A DNA stretch of 64,000 bases, taken from Spirochaetota bacterium (GTDB taxonomy: Bacteria; Spirochaetota; JAHITG01; JAFGFC01). A program made the position numbers and the translations under genes. The notes under the pieces are model-generated. The model was not told the DNA's origin. It saw only the letters and a list, made by a program, of their open reading frames with translations, and did not search any database. Numbering within the stretch: the first letter of the stretch is position 1; every line of letters begins with the position of its first letter. Positions 37,398-46,376 of the stretch are shown one piece after another. The stretch covers positions 13,710 to 77,709 of the forward strand of contig JAFGFC010000110.1 of NCBI GenBank assembly GCA_016931325.1, read 5' to 3'.

Positions 37398-38095
37398 GAA
37401 ACGAGCATGTCTCCCAGATCGCTGTTTTTGATCAAATTAACCCTTAGAGATCTTGTATCTCCGGCATTGATCTTTATCTTTTTGTTTCTTTTTTGAAGAT
37501 ACTCGCTTATATCTTTGAAATAATTGACCTGTTCAAGGCCAAAAAGTTTAATCCCATTAATGTTAAAAATGACCTTGGAAATTTCAGAGGTTAATTTTTT
37601 TTCGACTTCCTGGACGATCAGGGAATTGTCTGTTTTTTCATAATCTCCGGTCAGGGCTACAGTTAAGATATTCTCTGTTATTTTCATGTTAATATTCAAA
37701 TTGGAATTGATCTGATGTTCGGATTTGAAATTTTGATACATCTGATCGATACGCTTGACCAGTTCATCAACATCAAAGGGCTTGGCCAGATAATCTTTTA
37801 TGCCCAGTTTGAGCAGTTTAAGCACGATCTCTTTATTGGTATGAGCTGATATGATCAGGATGGGTATATTTTTCGTCTCCGGTGAATCTTTTAGTCTTAC
37901 ACAGGTCTGGTAACCGTCCAGGCGGGGTAACATGATATCCATAATGATAACATCAGGATGTTCCTGTTTGGTTTTGGACAGCGCTGAATAACCATTATCT
38001 GCTTTTAATACAATGAATTTTCCTTCCAGGGTCTCTTCCAGCAGATCCAGAACATCAGGATCATCATCGACTACCAGTATTTTCTTTTCTTCCAT
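37391..38095 (-). CDS. Response regulator receiver domain fused to a STAS-like C-terminal domain
   Basis: The REC domain shows [29 protein letters not shown] and YLAKPFD. The C-terminus [21 protein letters not shown]...[20 protein letters not shown]...KIKINAGD follows an anti-sigma-antagonist (STAS) pattern. Confidence 0.8.
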   Translation of the reverse strand: MEEKKILVVDDDPDVLDLLEETLEGKFIVLKADNGYSALSKTKQEHPDVIIMDIMLPRLDGYQTCVRLKDSPETKNIPILIISAHTNKEIVLKLLKLGIKDYLAKPFDVDELVKRIDQMYQNFKSEHQINSNLNINMKITENILTVALTGDYEKTDNSLIVQEVEKKLTSEISKVIFNINGIKLFGLEQVNYFKDISEYLQKRNKKIKINAGDTRSLRVNLIKNSDLGDMLVSY

Positions 38096-38369
38096 AATTA
38101 GCCCCCTGATCAGAGATTCGTTCCTTAAATAAATATTACTGCAACTTTTATACCACTTTTATATATTTCGTAATAATTAAAAAATGTAAAAATGATAATT
38201 ACAGCTCATATAATAGGGCAAAAAGGGAAAACCCGGCAAAATGCTGCGTTAATAAAAAAGGATGAGTAGTTTTTAAGCAGCGGGAGGTTAATTAATATAC
38301 AATGGGATTTCCTGTTTAAAAGGATCGGATTTATCAAAAAGGGGTAAGGCATCCTTAATGTGATAGTAG

Positions 38370-38397
38370 TTGACCCTATGTTAAATTATATTATATT
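38370..38397 (+). promoter_or_regulatory. Candidate sigma-70 promoter for the J-domain operon
   Basis: TTGACC (38370-75), a 16-nt spacer, then TATATT (38392-97), about 40 nt before ATG 38438. Confidence 0.3.
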
Positions 38398-38437
38398 AAT
38401 TTTAGACCGTTCACTTAATTGATCCAATGTAAAATAT

Positions 38438-39109
38438 ATGGCTATAAAAAATTTCTATGATTTATTAAACCTTGACTTTCAGGCTTCCACAGAGGCGGTC
38501 AAGCGACATTACAGGATACTGGTAAAACGGTATCATCCGGATTCCGGTTGTGAAGAGGCTTCGGAAGAGATGTTCAGACTGATAACACAGGCCTATAAGA
38601 TATTAACGGATGAAAAAAAACGACTGAAATATAATGAAAAGCTTTTCAGGATAAAAGTAAAAAAACCCCGGGTGCAGATCCCCAGGCCCAAGATCAAGGT
38701 CATCTATTCTCGTTCACTGGGTGTCCTGGCCAAACGGGGATTTTTTATTACCCGATTAAGTTCAAAAGCCCGAAGGAAAAGAGACATTAAATATGATATA
38801 GAAGTCTTTATTGATTATTATCAGGCACAGAAAGGGGGTGTCATCGATATTTTTGTTCCCACAAAGTATCCTTGCCCGTACTGTCAGGGCAGTGATCACT
38901 ATTGCCGTTTGTGTGAAGGGAAGAGCTATATTATACGTTCGCAACCGATCAAAGTACTGGTCCCGGCTTCACCGGCTTCGGGTGAGATCTTTGAGATCGA
39001 TCTGGGAAAGATAAAACAAAAAAATTGTGCCGTTATCCGGGCTCAGAAATTACGGATCAAGATCATCCTGTCCCATCAAAAGACCACCTTCAAACAATTG
39101 CCGGGATGA
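38438..39109 (+). CDS. J-domain protein with a single degenerate DnaJ-type zinc finger
   Basis: NFYDLLNLDFQASTEAVKRHYRILVKRYHPDSG carries the HPD motif. No G/F region. CPYCQGSDHYCRLCEGKSY is followed by a DnaJ CTD-like IKVLVPASPASGEIFEI. Confidence 0.85.
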   Translation: MAIKNFYDLLNLDFQASTEAVKRHYRILVKRYHPDSGCEEASEEMFRLITQAYKILTDEKKRLKYNEKLFRIKVKKPRVQIPRPKIKVIYSRSLGVLAKRGFFITRLSSKARRKRDIKYDIEVFIDYYQAQKGGVIDIFVPTKYPCPYCQGSDHYCRLCEGKSYIIRSQPIKVLVPASPASGEIFEIDLGKIKQKNCAVIRAQKLRIKIILSHQKTTFKQLPG

Positions 39110-39116
39110 ATATATA

Positions 39117-41933
39117 ATGAATTTTTACAAAGGTAAATACTTTATTTTCCTCCGTTCCTCATCCTCTCCTGCTTTCATCAAGTTCAAAGGCAAAGACGAA
39201 CAATATTTTTCTGCCAATACGTTTCTGGGTGAAAAGATCTTATGCTATGCTATTCAGGACATCAAAATAGGGAAGGAAGAGATCCTCTATGAGTCGTCTG
39301 TTCCTTTTCCTGATTTTGAAGTAGCCGGTGTATTAACCCATTATCGAATCGACCAGAAGATAAATTATATGATCTTTAATCCCAGTCAGAGATCCTTTGA
39401 TATCAAGATCATTGTTACAGATCAGGCAGGATATATTCGATTTAATAAAACTCATATATTCTATAACCATACAGGATGGATCAATGAGAGTTTTTTCCTG
39501 GTACGGGAAGGGGATTACAGAATGCTTTTTTATCTGGATGGACAATTCATTTTTTCAAAGAACCTTTCTGTTGAAAAGAAAAAAAATACACCTGTGATCG
39601 ATATCATTCATTCCGATGGAGAGAAGATTCAATTTAAATTATTCAGCGATAAGGACGAGATTGTCTCTGATCTGCAGGTCAAGGAGGAATCGATTGTCAA
39701 CGGGAAGAAGATCTGTCGAACCATTGAAGAGAAGATCCCCACAAAACGCAGTATGCTGTATGTTCCTGTAAAAAAGGTATTCGAAGACATAGACCGGCTT
39801 GGTATGATTTCCAGGCTGGCTTTGGACGGGAAGTTCAACCCTCAAGGTGTATTCAAGATCATCTCGGCTATGAAAGAGATGAATGAAATGGAGGAAATAA
39901 AATTCATTAAAAATCTTTTCACCAGCGATCCTGATATAGCCTACGCTTTGACAGAAGAGATCTTTGACTATGAATTATTATTTAATATCCCTGTCCCCCA
40001 GGCTCGGGAGATATTAGACAACATGGACGATGATCTTGTCCTTTTGGCTTTCAAAGGAGCTCTGGAAAAGAGGAAAAGATTTTTTCAGGATAATATTTCG
40101 CAGAAGAGATGGGACCTGCTCAAGCCCCAGATCAATGATAAGAAGATCCTGTCGGAAAGAGAATATCATATTGTAAAACAAAAGATAGGAACTCATGTAC
40201 GCAGTTTTTTCCAGAAAAGATACGGGTGTCTTATCGAGATTCAGCATCCGGCAGAGAAAAGAGCCAAGATCCAGTCGATCTATAACAAAGTCATATATGA
40301 TGAAACGCGGAAACTCTATACCTATTTTTTACCGCCGGTTGATTCAGCGGGTTATTATACAACCACGTTCGATCTTGAAGACGATCAGCAGCTGGCTATC
40401 ATCGGGAAGCGGGATAAAAAAGAGGAAATGATCTTTTATGAATACTGTCACTATGAAACGGAAGCGTTCTGGGAGATCGTTACGGTGGATGAGAAATTCA
40501 TACACTTTCATTTCTCACATGACCTCTCAGATCTGCAGGTCATTGTGCTTGACGAAAAAGGCAGACTGGCCTGTCTGTTTGAGACAGAAAGGATTTATCA
40601 GGACGAGATCATCAGAGTAAAATATCATTTCCTTAACCGATGCCGGGTGTTGATCGGAGGGGTCTGTAAAAAAGAAAAAAGGCTTGTAGAGGCTGATGTC
40701 TTTCTTTTTATTTTTCCCAATAGAAAAAAAACCTTTTTTATTCCGGAATATTCTATCCCCGGGGAAAAATTGCCCCTGAGCGATCTGAGCGCAAAGAGAG
40801 GAAGGCTTTTTGTTTCGACAACAGATATCGGTATTTTCTACAATGATCTTTATCATAATTTTATTGAATTGAGCCGGGCCAGAGATGTAACCATACCGCT
40901 TGATCAGAAGGGGGGAGAAAAAATATGCTTCATCGAAGATCAGGAAAAGGATTTTGTTCCCAATATGTTGCACAATACTGTTGAAAAGATACAGATCTTT
41001 TTTCATGAGGGAGGGGAACTCGATATCGCCTCGAGTGTGGTTTATCTTTTTCATCCGGTCGTCGCTTATTTTATATCTTATAAAAATAACAACGAAGGCA
41101 AAATCATTATCTATAATCCTTCCCAAAAGCTTTGTGAATATGAGATCAAGATCGATACAGATCTTGTTTCAGAAAAAGGGACTTTCAAAGCTGAACGGTT
41201 TACAACAGAAGTCAAATTTCAAAATTATATTTTTATTAGGATCAAGAATATCTACGGACGGTTCCAGTACGGGCTGGAGCGACAAAAAGGGGGTCAGGAT
41301 GAAAGCGTGATCGACATTGTTAAAAAACAGGGAAGGGAAGAACTGCTTGAACTGGTAAAGAAATGGCTTTCTCTTGAAAAAGAATATAATCTTTTACATT
41401 TGTTGTTGGCTATCAAGATAGCCTTTCTTCAGAATGATGAGACAGCTTTGAGATTTCTTCTTCATAACCTTGATGATCAATTTGAAAAGGATGGGCTTTT
41501 ACGACTGAAGGTGTCACATGAATATAACAGGAATGATACAGCTCTGGCTTTGGAATATTTGGGGATATTCATGAAGGGAAAAAACGAAGATATGTATAAT
41601 TTGACCATGAACGCGCTGGAGCATGTCAGAAAGGATGATATAAGATCACCTTCTTTGTGGATATACGGGAAACGATTTTCTGAAGAATATGGACGGAGAA
41701 TAAGATATATAAAAGAAAAATTAAAGGGCCCAATGGCCCTTTCGGCCGAACATAGCCTGAGCCTGTATCACAGTATCCTGTTTACGAAATGGAAAAAGGA
41801 AAAAACAAAAATAGAGCTGAAGCCCGTCGTGTTTGCCAGGGATTTTTATTTAGAACGGGCACACATGGTACTGGACATCTATCTGCTTGGTTCACCTTTC
41901 CGATCATTACAAAAAGCAAAGGGATTCATCTAA
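39117..41933 (+). CDS. 938-aa cytoplasmic protein of unknown function with an internal FliG C-terminal-like segment
   Basis: ATG 39117 lies 7 nt after the J-protein stop; the tracked start 39027 overlaps that gene. Residues encoded around 39850-40225 (FIKNLFTSDPDIAYALTEEIFDYELLFNIPVPQAREILDNMDDDLVLLAFKGALEKRKRFFQDNISQKRWDLL) align by eye with the E. coli FliG MFVFENL...LLIALKGAEPPLREKFLRNMSQRAADIL region. No signal peptide or TM helix. Confidence 0.7.
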   Translation: MNFYKGKYFIFLRSSSSPAFIKFKGKDEQYFSANTFLGEKILCYAIQDIKIGKEEILYESSVPFPDFEVAGVLTHYRIDQKINYMIFNPSQRSFDIKIIVTDQAGYIRFNKTHIFYNHTGWINESFFLVREGDYRMLFYLDGQFIFSKNLSVEKKKNTPVIDIIHSDGEKIQFKLFSDKDEIVSDLQVKEESIVNGKKICRTIEEKIPTKRSMLYVPVKKVFEDIDRLGMISRLALDGKFNPQGVFKIISAMKEMNEMEEIKFIKNLFTSDPDIAYALTEEIFDYELLFNIPVPQAREILDNMDDDLVLLAFKGALEKRKRFFQDNISQKRWDLLKPQINDKKILSEREYHIVKQKIGTHVRSFFQKRYGCLIEIQHPAEKRAKIQSIYNKVIYDETRKLYTYFLPPVDSAGYYTTTFDLEDDQQLAIIGKRDKKEEMIFYEYCHYETEAFWEIVTVDEKFIHFHFSHDLSDLQVIVLDEKGRLACLFETERIYQDEIIRVKYHFLNRCRVLIGGVCKKEKRLVEADVFLFIFPNRKKTFFIPEYSIPGEKLPLSDLSAKRGRLFVSTTDIGIFYNDLYHNFIELSRARDVTIPLDQKGGEKICFIEDQEKDFVPNMLHNTVEKIQIFFHEGGELDIASSVVYLFHPVVAYFISYKNNNEGKIIIYNPSQKLCEYEIKIDTDLVSEKGTFKAERFTTEVKFQNYIFIRIKNIYGRFQYGLERQKGGQDESVIDIVKKQGREELLELVKKWLSLEKEYNLLHLLLAIKIAFLQNDETALRFLLHNLDDQFEKDGLLRLKVSHEYNRNDTALALEYLGIFMKGKNEDMYNLTMNALEHVRKDDIRSPSLWIYGKRFSEEYGRRIRYIKEKLKGPMALSAEHSLSLYHSILFTKWKKEKTKIELKPVVFARDFYLERAHMVLDIYLLGSPFRSLQKAKGFI

Positions 41934-42832
41934 TGTTATCACTGTCATTAAATTGGCTCAAGAAAGAACCGATTGTGAGAGATGACATCAGGATGGTGAA
42001 GGAGATGGGATTCAACAGGGTGGAGTTGCACTGGTATTATCCACAAGAATACCTTGCGGCATTAAAACGTGACCTTGAAAATGAGAATGTCAGGACCCCG
42101 TCAATACACAATCCTCTTTCCTTCAGGGGATGTGATGTCAATGTTGATCTGGCCCATAAAGACAGGAGAGTCAGAGAAGCATCAATAAAAGTCACAAAGA
42201 AGACCATTGAGGCAGCCGTCTTTCTCGGCGCCGAGTATGTGGTCCTTCACGTGGGGAACATTGATTTTTCAGATTTTGAAGAAGATAAAGATCTTGTTTT
42301 CGAGCTGTACAGAAAAGAGAACAGGATCACACCTCCACTTGAGAAACTCAGAACAAAATTTATACAGTACAGGCAGGATCATGCTCCTGTTCATTTAAAG
42401 TTTTCCAAACAGAGTCTGGAGGAGCTTTTGACTTTTGCCGGCTCCCGTGGGATAAAACTGGGAATTGAATCACGGTATTATCCCCATGAGATCCCATCCC
42501 TTGAAGAGATAAAAGAGATAATAGAATATTTTAACGACCCCTTTATTGGTTTCTGGCATGATGTGGGGCATACAACAGTTCAGGAGCGCCTGGGCTTTTA
42601 TACAACGGGTGAACATCTTGCCACCTTGCATCCTTATATTTTTGGATTTCATCTTCATGATATAAAAGAAAATCTGCGGGATCATCTGGCCCCCGGACAG
42701 GGAGGATTCGATTTTTATACCCTTAAAGAGTATGTAAAAAAGGGCAGGCCTCTGGTTCTGGAAGTTTTTCATGCTACGAAAAAAGAGGTCCTTGATGGAC
42801 GTATTCTTCTGGAAAAAATATTGGGTCTTTAA
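41933..42832 (+). CDS. Xylose-isomerase-like TIM-barrel protein (sugar phosphate isomerase/epimerase / AP-endonuclease-2 fold)
   Basis: TAATG overlap with the 938-aa gene. GFNRVELHW, AEYVVLHVG, KLGIESRY, FWHDVGH and FHLHD are metal-ligand-type motifs of this fold. Confidence 0.78.
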   Translation: MLSLSLNWLKKEPIVRDDIRMVKEMGFNRVELHWYYPQEYLAALKRDLENENVRTPSIHNPLSFRGCDVNVDLAHKDRRVREASIKVTKKTIEAAVFLGAEYVVLHVGNIDFSDFEEDKDLVFELYRKENRITPPLEKLRTKFIQYRQDHAPVHLKFSKQSLEELLTFAGSRGIKLGIESRYYPHEIPSLEEIKEIIEYFNDPFIGFWHDVGHTTVQERLGFYTTGEHLATLHPYIFGFHLHDIKENLRDHLAPGQGGFDFYTLKEYVKKGRPLVLEVFHATKKEVLDGRILLEKILGL

Positions 42833-43017
42833 AACCAGAGACAGGTAAGTACAAAGTCCGAAATCTTTCATAGCACGCGGGTCGAATCCCAGCCCTCCTG
42901 ACGAATTCGACCACAACGTTAGAGGTTTATAGCAATACAGCGGTCAAATCTTTACCATCCATGGATTTGACCCGATGTACTTTTTGTACATAGAATTTCG
43001 AACCTGTTTAAAACCCC

Positions 43018-43045
43018 TTGACATTTTTAAAAAAGGAGTTATCTT
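43018..43045 (+). promoter_or_regulatory. Candidate promoter for tRNA-Gly (and possibly tig)
   Basis: TTGACA (43018-23), a 16-nt spacer, then TATCTT (43040-45), 16 nt before the tRNA 5' end. Confidence 0.35.
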
Positions 43046-43061
43046 ATAGACGTATGAATCT

Positions 43062-43134
43062 GCGGGAGTAGCTCAGTTGGTAGAGCGTCACCTTGCCAAG
43101 GTGAATGCCGCGGGTTCAAGTCCCGTCTCCCGCT
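43062..43134 (+). tRNA. tRNA-Gly (GCC)
   Basis: GCGGGAGTAGCTCAGTTGGTAGAGCGTCACCTTGCCAAGGTGAATGCCGCGGGTTCAAGTCCCGTCTCCCGCT. The acceptor GCGGGAG pairs with CTCCCGC. The anticodon loop is TTGCCAA. No CCA is encoded. Confidence 0.93.
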
Positions 43135-43151
43135 CATAGGATTTTTTTACT

Positions 43152-44492
43152 ATGAAAGTTGACGCTCAAGTAGTGAATAAAGAAGCTACAAAAGCGGTTT
43201 TATCCGTGGAAGTAGATGAAAAAAGTGTGACTGATCAATTTGCACAAGTTTCAAGAATTTTTCAGGAAAAATCCAATATTAAAGGATTTCGACCGGGAAA
43301 AGCTCCCCTTGATATAATAAAATCCAAATTTAAAGACCAGATCAACCATAATGTCCTTGAGAATTTATTGACACCGGCTATTCAGGAATCTCTCTCATCC
43401 GCTCAATTAAAGCTATTTGCGTCTCCCAGGGTTCGAGATATTCAGATATCAGAAGGAAGCCCTTTGAAATTCAATCTGGAGATCGAATTACAGCCTGAAG
43501 TTGAATTGTGCAAGTACAAGGATTTAACTTTTCACAGGGACGAGTACAAGGTCGATCAAAAAGATATAGACACAGAACTGGAAAAATTGAGGAATCATTA
43601 TGCCGATTATATTACAAAGGACAATAATATTGTAGAAGAAAGTGATATTGTAACCTTGAAAATGGAAACTTTCCATAATGGAGAGATCGTCAAGGAGTAT
43701 ACAACAGAAAATTATAAGACAGAGATGGATAAAACCAAGATCATGGATAAGATCTTTAATGCTGTCATACGGTCCCGTGTCGGTGATATAAAGGAAGTTG
43801 AAGTGGAATATCCCCAGAATTTTACGGATCAGATGCTGGCCGGAAAGAAAATTCAATACAAGATTACCATTAAAGAATCTAAAAAAAAACAGCTGCCTGA
43901 ACTGGATGACGAATTTGCCAAAGATGTGGGTGAATATAAAAAGATAGATGAACTGACACAGGCTATAGAGCATCAGCTGGTTGATGCCGGAAAAGCAAGG
44001 GCCGAGCAGAATCTGGAAAATTCGATCATAGAAAAGGTCATACAGGACTCTAAATTTAAAATTCCTGAAAGCATGATCGATGCCCAGTATAACTATCTTT
44101 ATAATGACTGGCAGAGGTCTTTGCAATCTCGAGGATATAATGTAAATGACATGATACAGAAAAAAGTGATCAACCCGGAAAAGATACAGGCAGAGATGCG
44201 AAAGTCAGCCTTAAAGGATTTAAAGGTATATCTGGCTTTAAAGAACATCAGGGAAAAAGAGAATATCCAGGTGGCTGAAGATGAGATCGATGATGAAATA
44301 AAGAAATATGCCCAAAAATACAATAAAAAATTTGAAGAATACAAGAAACAATTTAACGAGCAGGCCATAGAAACGATAAAACAACAGATAGGAAATATAA
44401 AGGCCATTAATTTTTTAAAAGAGAATAACAAGATCAAAAAAGGCAAAAAGTTAAAATTTGAGCAGATCATGAAAACGGAGGTGTCATCTTGA
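43152..44492 (+). CDS. tig: Trigger factor
   Basis: The N-terminal ribosome-binding region contains GFRPGKAP. The length and the tig-clpP-clpX-lon synteny also fit. Confidence 0.93.
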   Translation: MKVDAQVVNKEATKAVLSVEVDEKSVTDQFAQVSRIFQEKSNIKGFRPGKAPLDIIKSKFKDQINHNVLENLLTPAIQESLSSAQLKLFASPRVRDIQISEGSPLKFNLEIELQPEVELCKYKDLTFHRDEYKVDQKDIDTELEKLRNHYADYITKDNNIVEESDIVTLKMETFHNGEIVKEYTTENYKTEMDKTKIMDKIFNAVIRSRVGDIKEVEVEYPQNFTDQMLAGKKIQYKITIKESKKKQLPELDDEFAKDVGEYKKIDELTQAIEHQLVDAGKARAEQNLENSIIEKVIQDSKFKIPESMIDAQYNYLYNDWQRSLQSRGYNVNDMIQKKVINPEKIQAEMRKSALKDLKVYLALKNIREKENIQVAEDEIDDEIKKYAQKYNKKFEEYKKQFNEQAIETIKQQIGNIKAINFLKENNKIKKGKKLKFEQIMKTEVSS

Positions 44493-45091
44493 ACCTTGTT
44501 CCCATCGTTGTAGAACAGACAGCCAGAGGTGAGCGAGCCTTTGATATTTATTCCAGGCTTTTAAAAGAGCGGATCATTTTTATTTCAACCGCTATAGATG
44601 AAGATTTAGCCAATCTTATTGTTGCTCAAATGCTTTTTCTGGAGGCAGAAGATCCGGAAAAGGATATTTTTCTGTATGTCAATACGGCCGGTGGCATGGT
44701 AACAGCCGGATTGGCTATTTATGATACAATACAGTATATTAAACCCGATGTATCGACCATCTGTATCGGTCAGGCTTCCTCCATGGGAGCCCTTCTGTTG
44801 GCTGCCGGTACCAAAGGCAAGAGATTTTCTCTACCCAACTCCAGGATCATGATTCATCAGCCTTTGGGTGGAGTTCAGGGGCAGGCCACAGATATTGATA
44901 TTCAAGCTAAGGAAATTTTAAGAATGCGCGATTTACTTAATAAGATACTGTCCAATCATACAGGACAGAAGATAGAAAGGGTAGCCAAGGATACAGACAG
45001 GGATTTTTTTATGTCGCCTGAAGAGGCCAAGGAATATGGGATCATTGATCAGGTCATTCATAAAAAAATAGTTAAAAGAGCCAAGGAGTAA
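44489..45091 (+). CDS. clpP: ATP-dependent Clp protease proteolytic subunit
   Basis: TTG start overlaps the tig TGA, and GGAGGTG lies 6 nt upstream. [33 protein letters not shown] and MIHQP. Confidence 0.96.
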   Translation: MNLVPIVVEQTARGERAFDIYSRLLKERIIFISTAIDEDLANLIVAQMLFLEAEDPEKDIFLYVNTAGGMVTAGLAIYDTIQYIKPDVSTICIGQASSMGALLLAAGTKGKRFSLPNSRIMIHQPLGGVQGQATDIDIQAKEILRMRDLLNKILSNHTGQKIERVAKDTDRDFFMSPEEAKEYGIIDQVIHKKIVKRAKE

Positions 45092-45095
45092 CGCT

Positions 45096-46376
45096 ATGCC
45101 TAAATCCACAAAGCCTACTGAAGAAGTAAAGTGTTCCTTTTGTGGCAAGAAAGAAAGCGAAGAGCTGTACAAGATCATACAGGGACCCGGTGTATTTATA
45201 TGCAGTGAGTGTGTTGAGCTGGCTAAACAGATTGTGGATGAAAATTACAAATTTCATGAAAAAGAAGCCATTCACCGTTTGCCGAAACCGGCAGAGATAA
45301 AAAAATATCTGGATGAATATATTGTGGGACAGGATTATGCTAAAAAGGTCATCTCCGTAGCCGTGTACAATCATTATAAACGGATACAGTTCAATACAGC
45401 CAAACGCCAGAGCAACACAAAAGACAATATCGATATTGAAAAGAGTAACATTCTTTTGATCGGACCGACGGGCAGTGGTAAAACCCTTATTGCCAAAACA
45501 CTGGCTAAAATATTGAATGTCCCTTTTGCCATAGCCGATGCCACCTCTCTCACGGAAGCGGGTTATGTGGGAGAAGATGTGGAGAATATTCTTCTAAGGC
45601 TTATTCAGAATTCCGAAGATGATGTATCAAAAGCAGAGATGGGTATTATCTATATTGATGAGATCGACAAGATCGCCAGAAAAACAGACAGTCCCTCCAT
45701 TACCCGGGATGTGTCCGGTGAGGGTGTTCAGCAGGCTTTACTCAAGATTTTAGAGGGGACTCTGGCCAATGTCCCTCCTCAAGGCGGAAGGAAACATCCT
45801 CATCAGGAATTTATAAAGATCAATACGGATAATATTCTTTTTATCCTGGGAGGAGCGTTTATTGGGCTGGATGACATCATTATGAAAAGGATCGCTAACT
45901 CATCCATGGGATTCGGGGCTGATATTAAATCAAGAAAAGATAAAGACAAAAGTATCGGTACTATACTCAGGAATGCCAACCCTGATGATCTCGTCAAGTA
46001 TGGTTTTATCCCGGAGTTTGTCGGGCGAATTCCCGTTGTCTCTGTTTGTGATGCTTTAACGGAAGAAGATTTTATAAAGATATTGACCAAGCCGAAAAAC
46101 TCACTAGTCAAACAGTATCAAAAGATATTCGAGATAGAAGGAGTGAAATTAACCTTTTCTGACAAGGCTTTGGACACAGTAGCCCATCTGGCCATCAAGA
46201 GGCAGACAGGAGCCAGAGGCCTTCGTTCTATATTAGAGCAGACCATGCTGGATATTATGTATGAACTTCCCTCTATTAAGAATATTTCCGAGTGTATTAT
46301 TACAGAAAAGACGATATTAAAGAAAGAAAAACCAAAATTAAACTTTTTTCAAGCCATAGAGGCTAAAGGCGCATGA
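45096..46376 (+). CDS. clpX: ATP-dependent Clp protease ATP-binding subunit ClpX
   Basis: Zinc-binding CSFCGK...[23 protein letters not shown] and [10 protein letters not shown]. Confidence 0.97.
   Translation: MPKSTKPTEEVKCSFCGKKESEELYKIIQGPGVFICSECVELAKQIVDENYKFHEKEAIHRLPKPAEIKKYLDEYIVGQDYAKKVISVAVYNHYKRIQFNTAKRQSNTKDNIDIEKSNILLIGPTGSGKTLIAKTLAKILNVPFAIADATSLTEAGYVGEDVENILLRLIQNSEDDVSKAEMGIIYIDEIDKIARKTDSPSITRDVSGEGVQQALLKILEGTLANVPPQGGRKHPHQEFIKINTDNILFILGGAFIGLDDIIMKRIANSSMGFGADIKSRKDKDKSIGTILRNANPDDLVKYGFIPEFVGRIPVVSVCDALTEEDFIKILTKPKNSLVKQYQKIFEIEGVKLTFSDKALDTVAHLAIKRQTGARGLRSILEQTMLDIMYELPSIKNISECIITEKTILKKEKPKLNFFQAIEAKGA

Noticed and set aside
40527-41126. Long antisense ORFs in the track: 40527-41126 (199 aa), 43524-44126 (200 aa), 62597-63256 (219 aa), 9951-10412 (153 aa), 7444-7839 (131 aa), 35818-36228 (136 aa) and 42470-42916 (148 aa).
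   Set aside because: Most lie opposite a gene with clear family motifs. Their translations are low-complexity or Ile/Phe/Leu-rich with no recognisable motif, and they have no SD or promoter context. They are typical shadow ORFs of AT-rich coding DNA.
42877-42901. tRNA/tmRNA-like fragment gcgggtcgaatcccagccctcctga. It looks like a T-arm plus acceptor on the plus strand, and GGAGGGCTGGGATTCGACC resembles a tmRNA 5' end on the minus strand. It lies 160 nt upstream of tRNA-Gly and could be an integration scar or ssrA.
   Set aside because: I could not build a cloverleaf. The T-loop is one base short, one stem pair is mismatched, and no complementary 5' acceptor strand or D/anticodon arms are present. 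A minus-strand tmRNA would have to run about 300 nt into the well-supported TIM-barrel CDS. No integrase or direct repeat partner is visible. Aragorn or tRNAscan-SE could re-test this.
42942-42991. Two small hairpins (ggtcaaatc-N13-gatttgacc and atgtac-ttttt-gtacat) after the TIM-barrel gene, considered as intrinsic terminators.
   Set aside because: The stems are short and AT-rich, and neither is followed by a T-tract. They might contribute to termination, but the evidence is too weak to list them as features.
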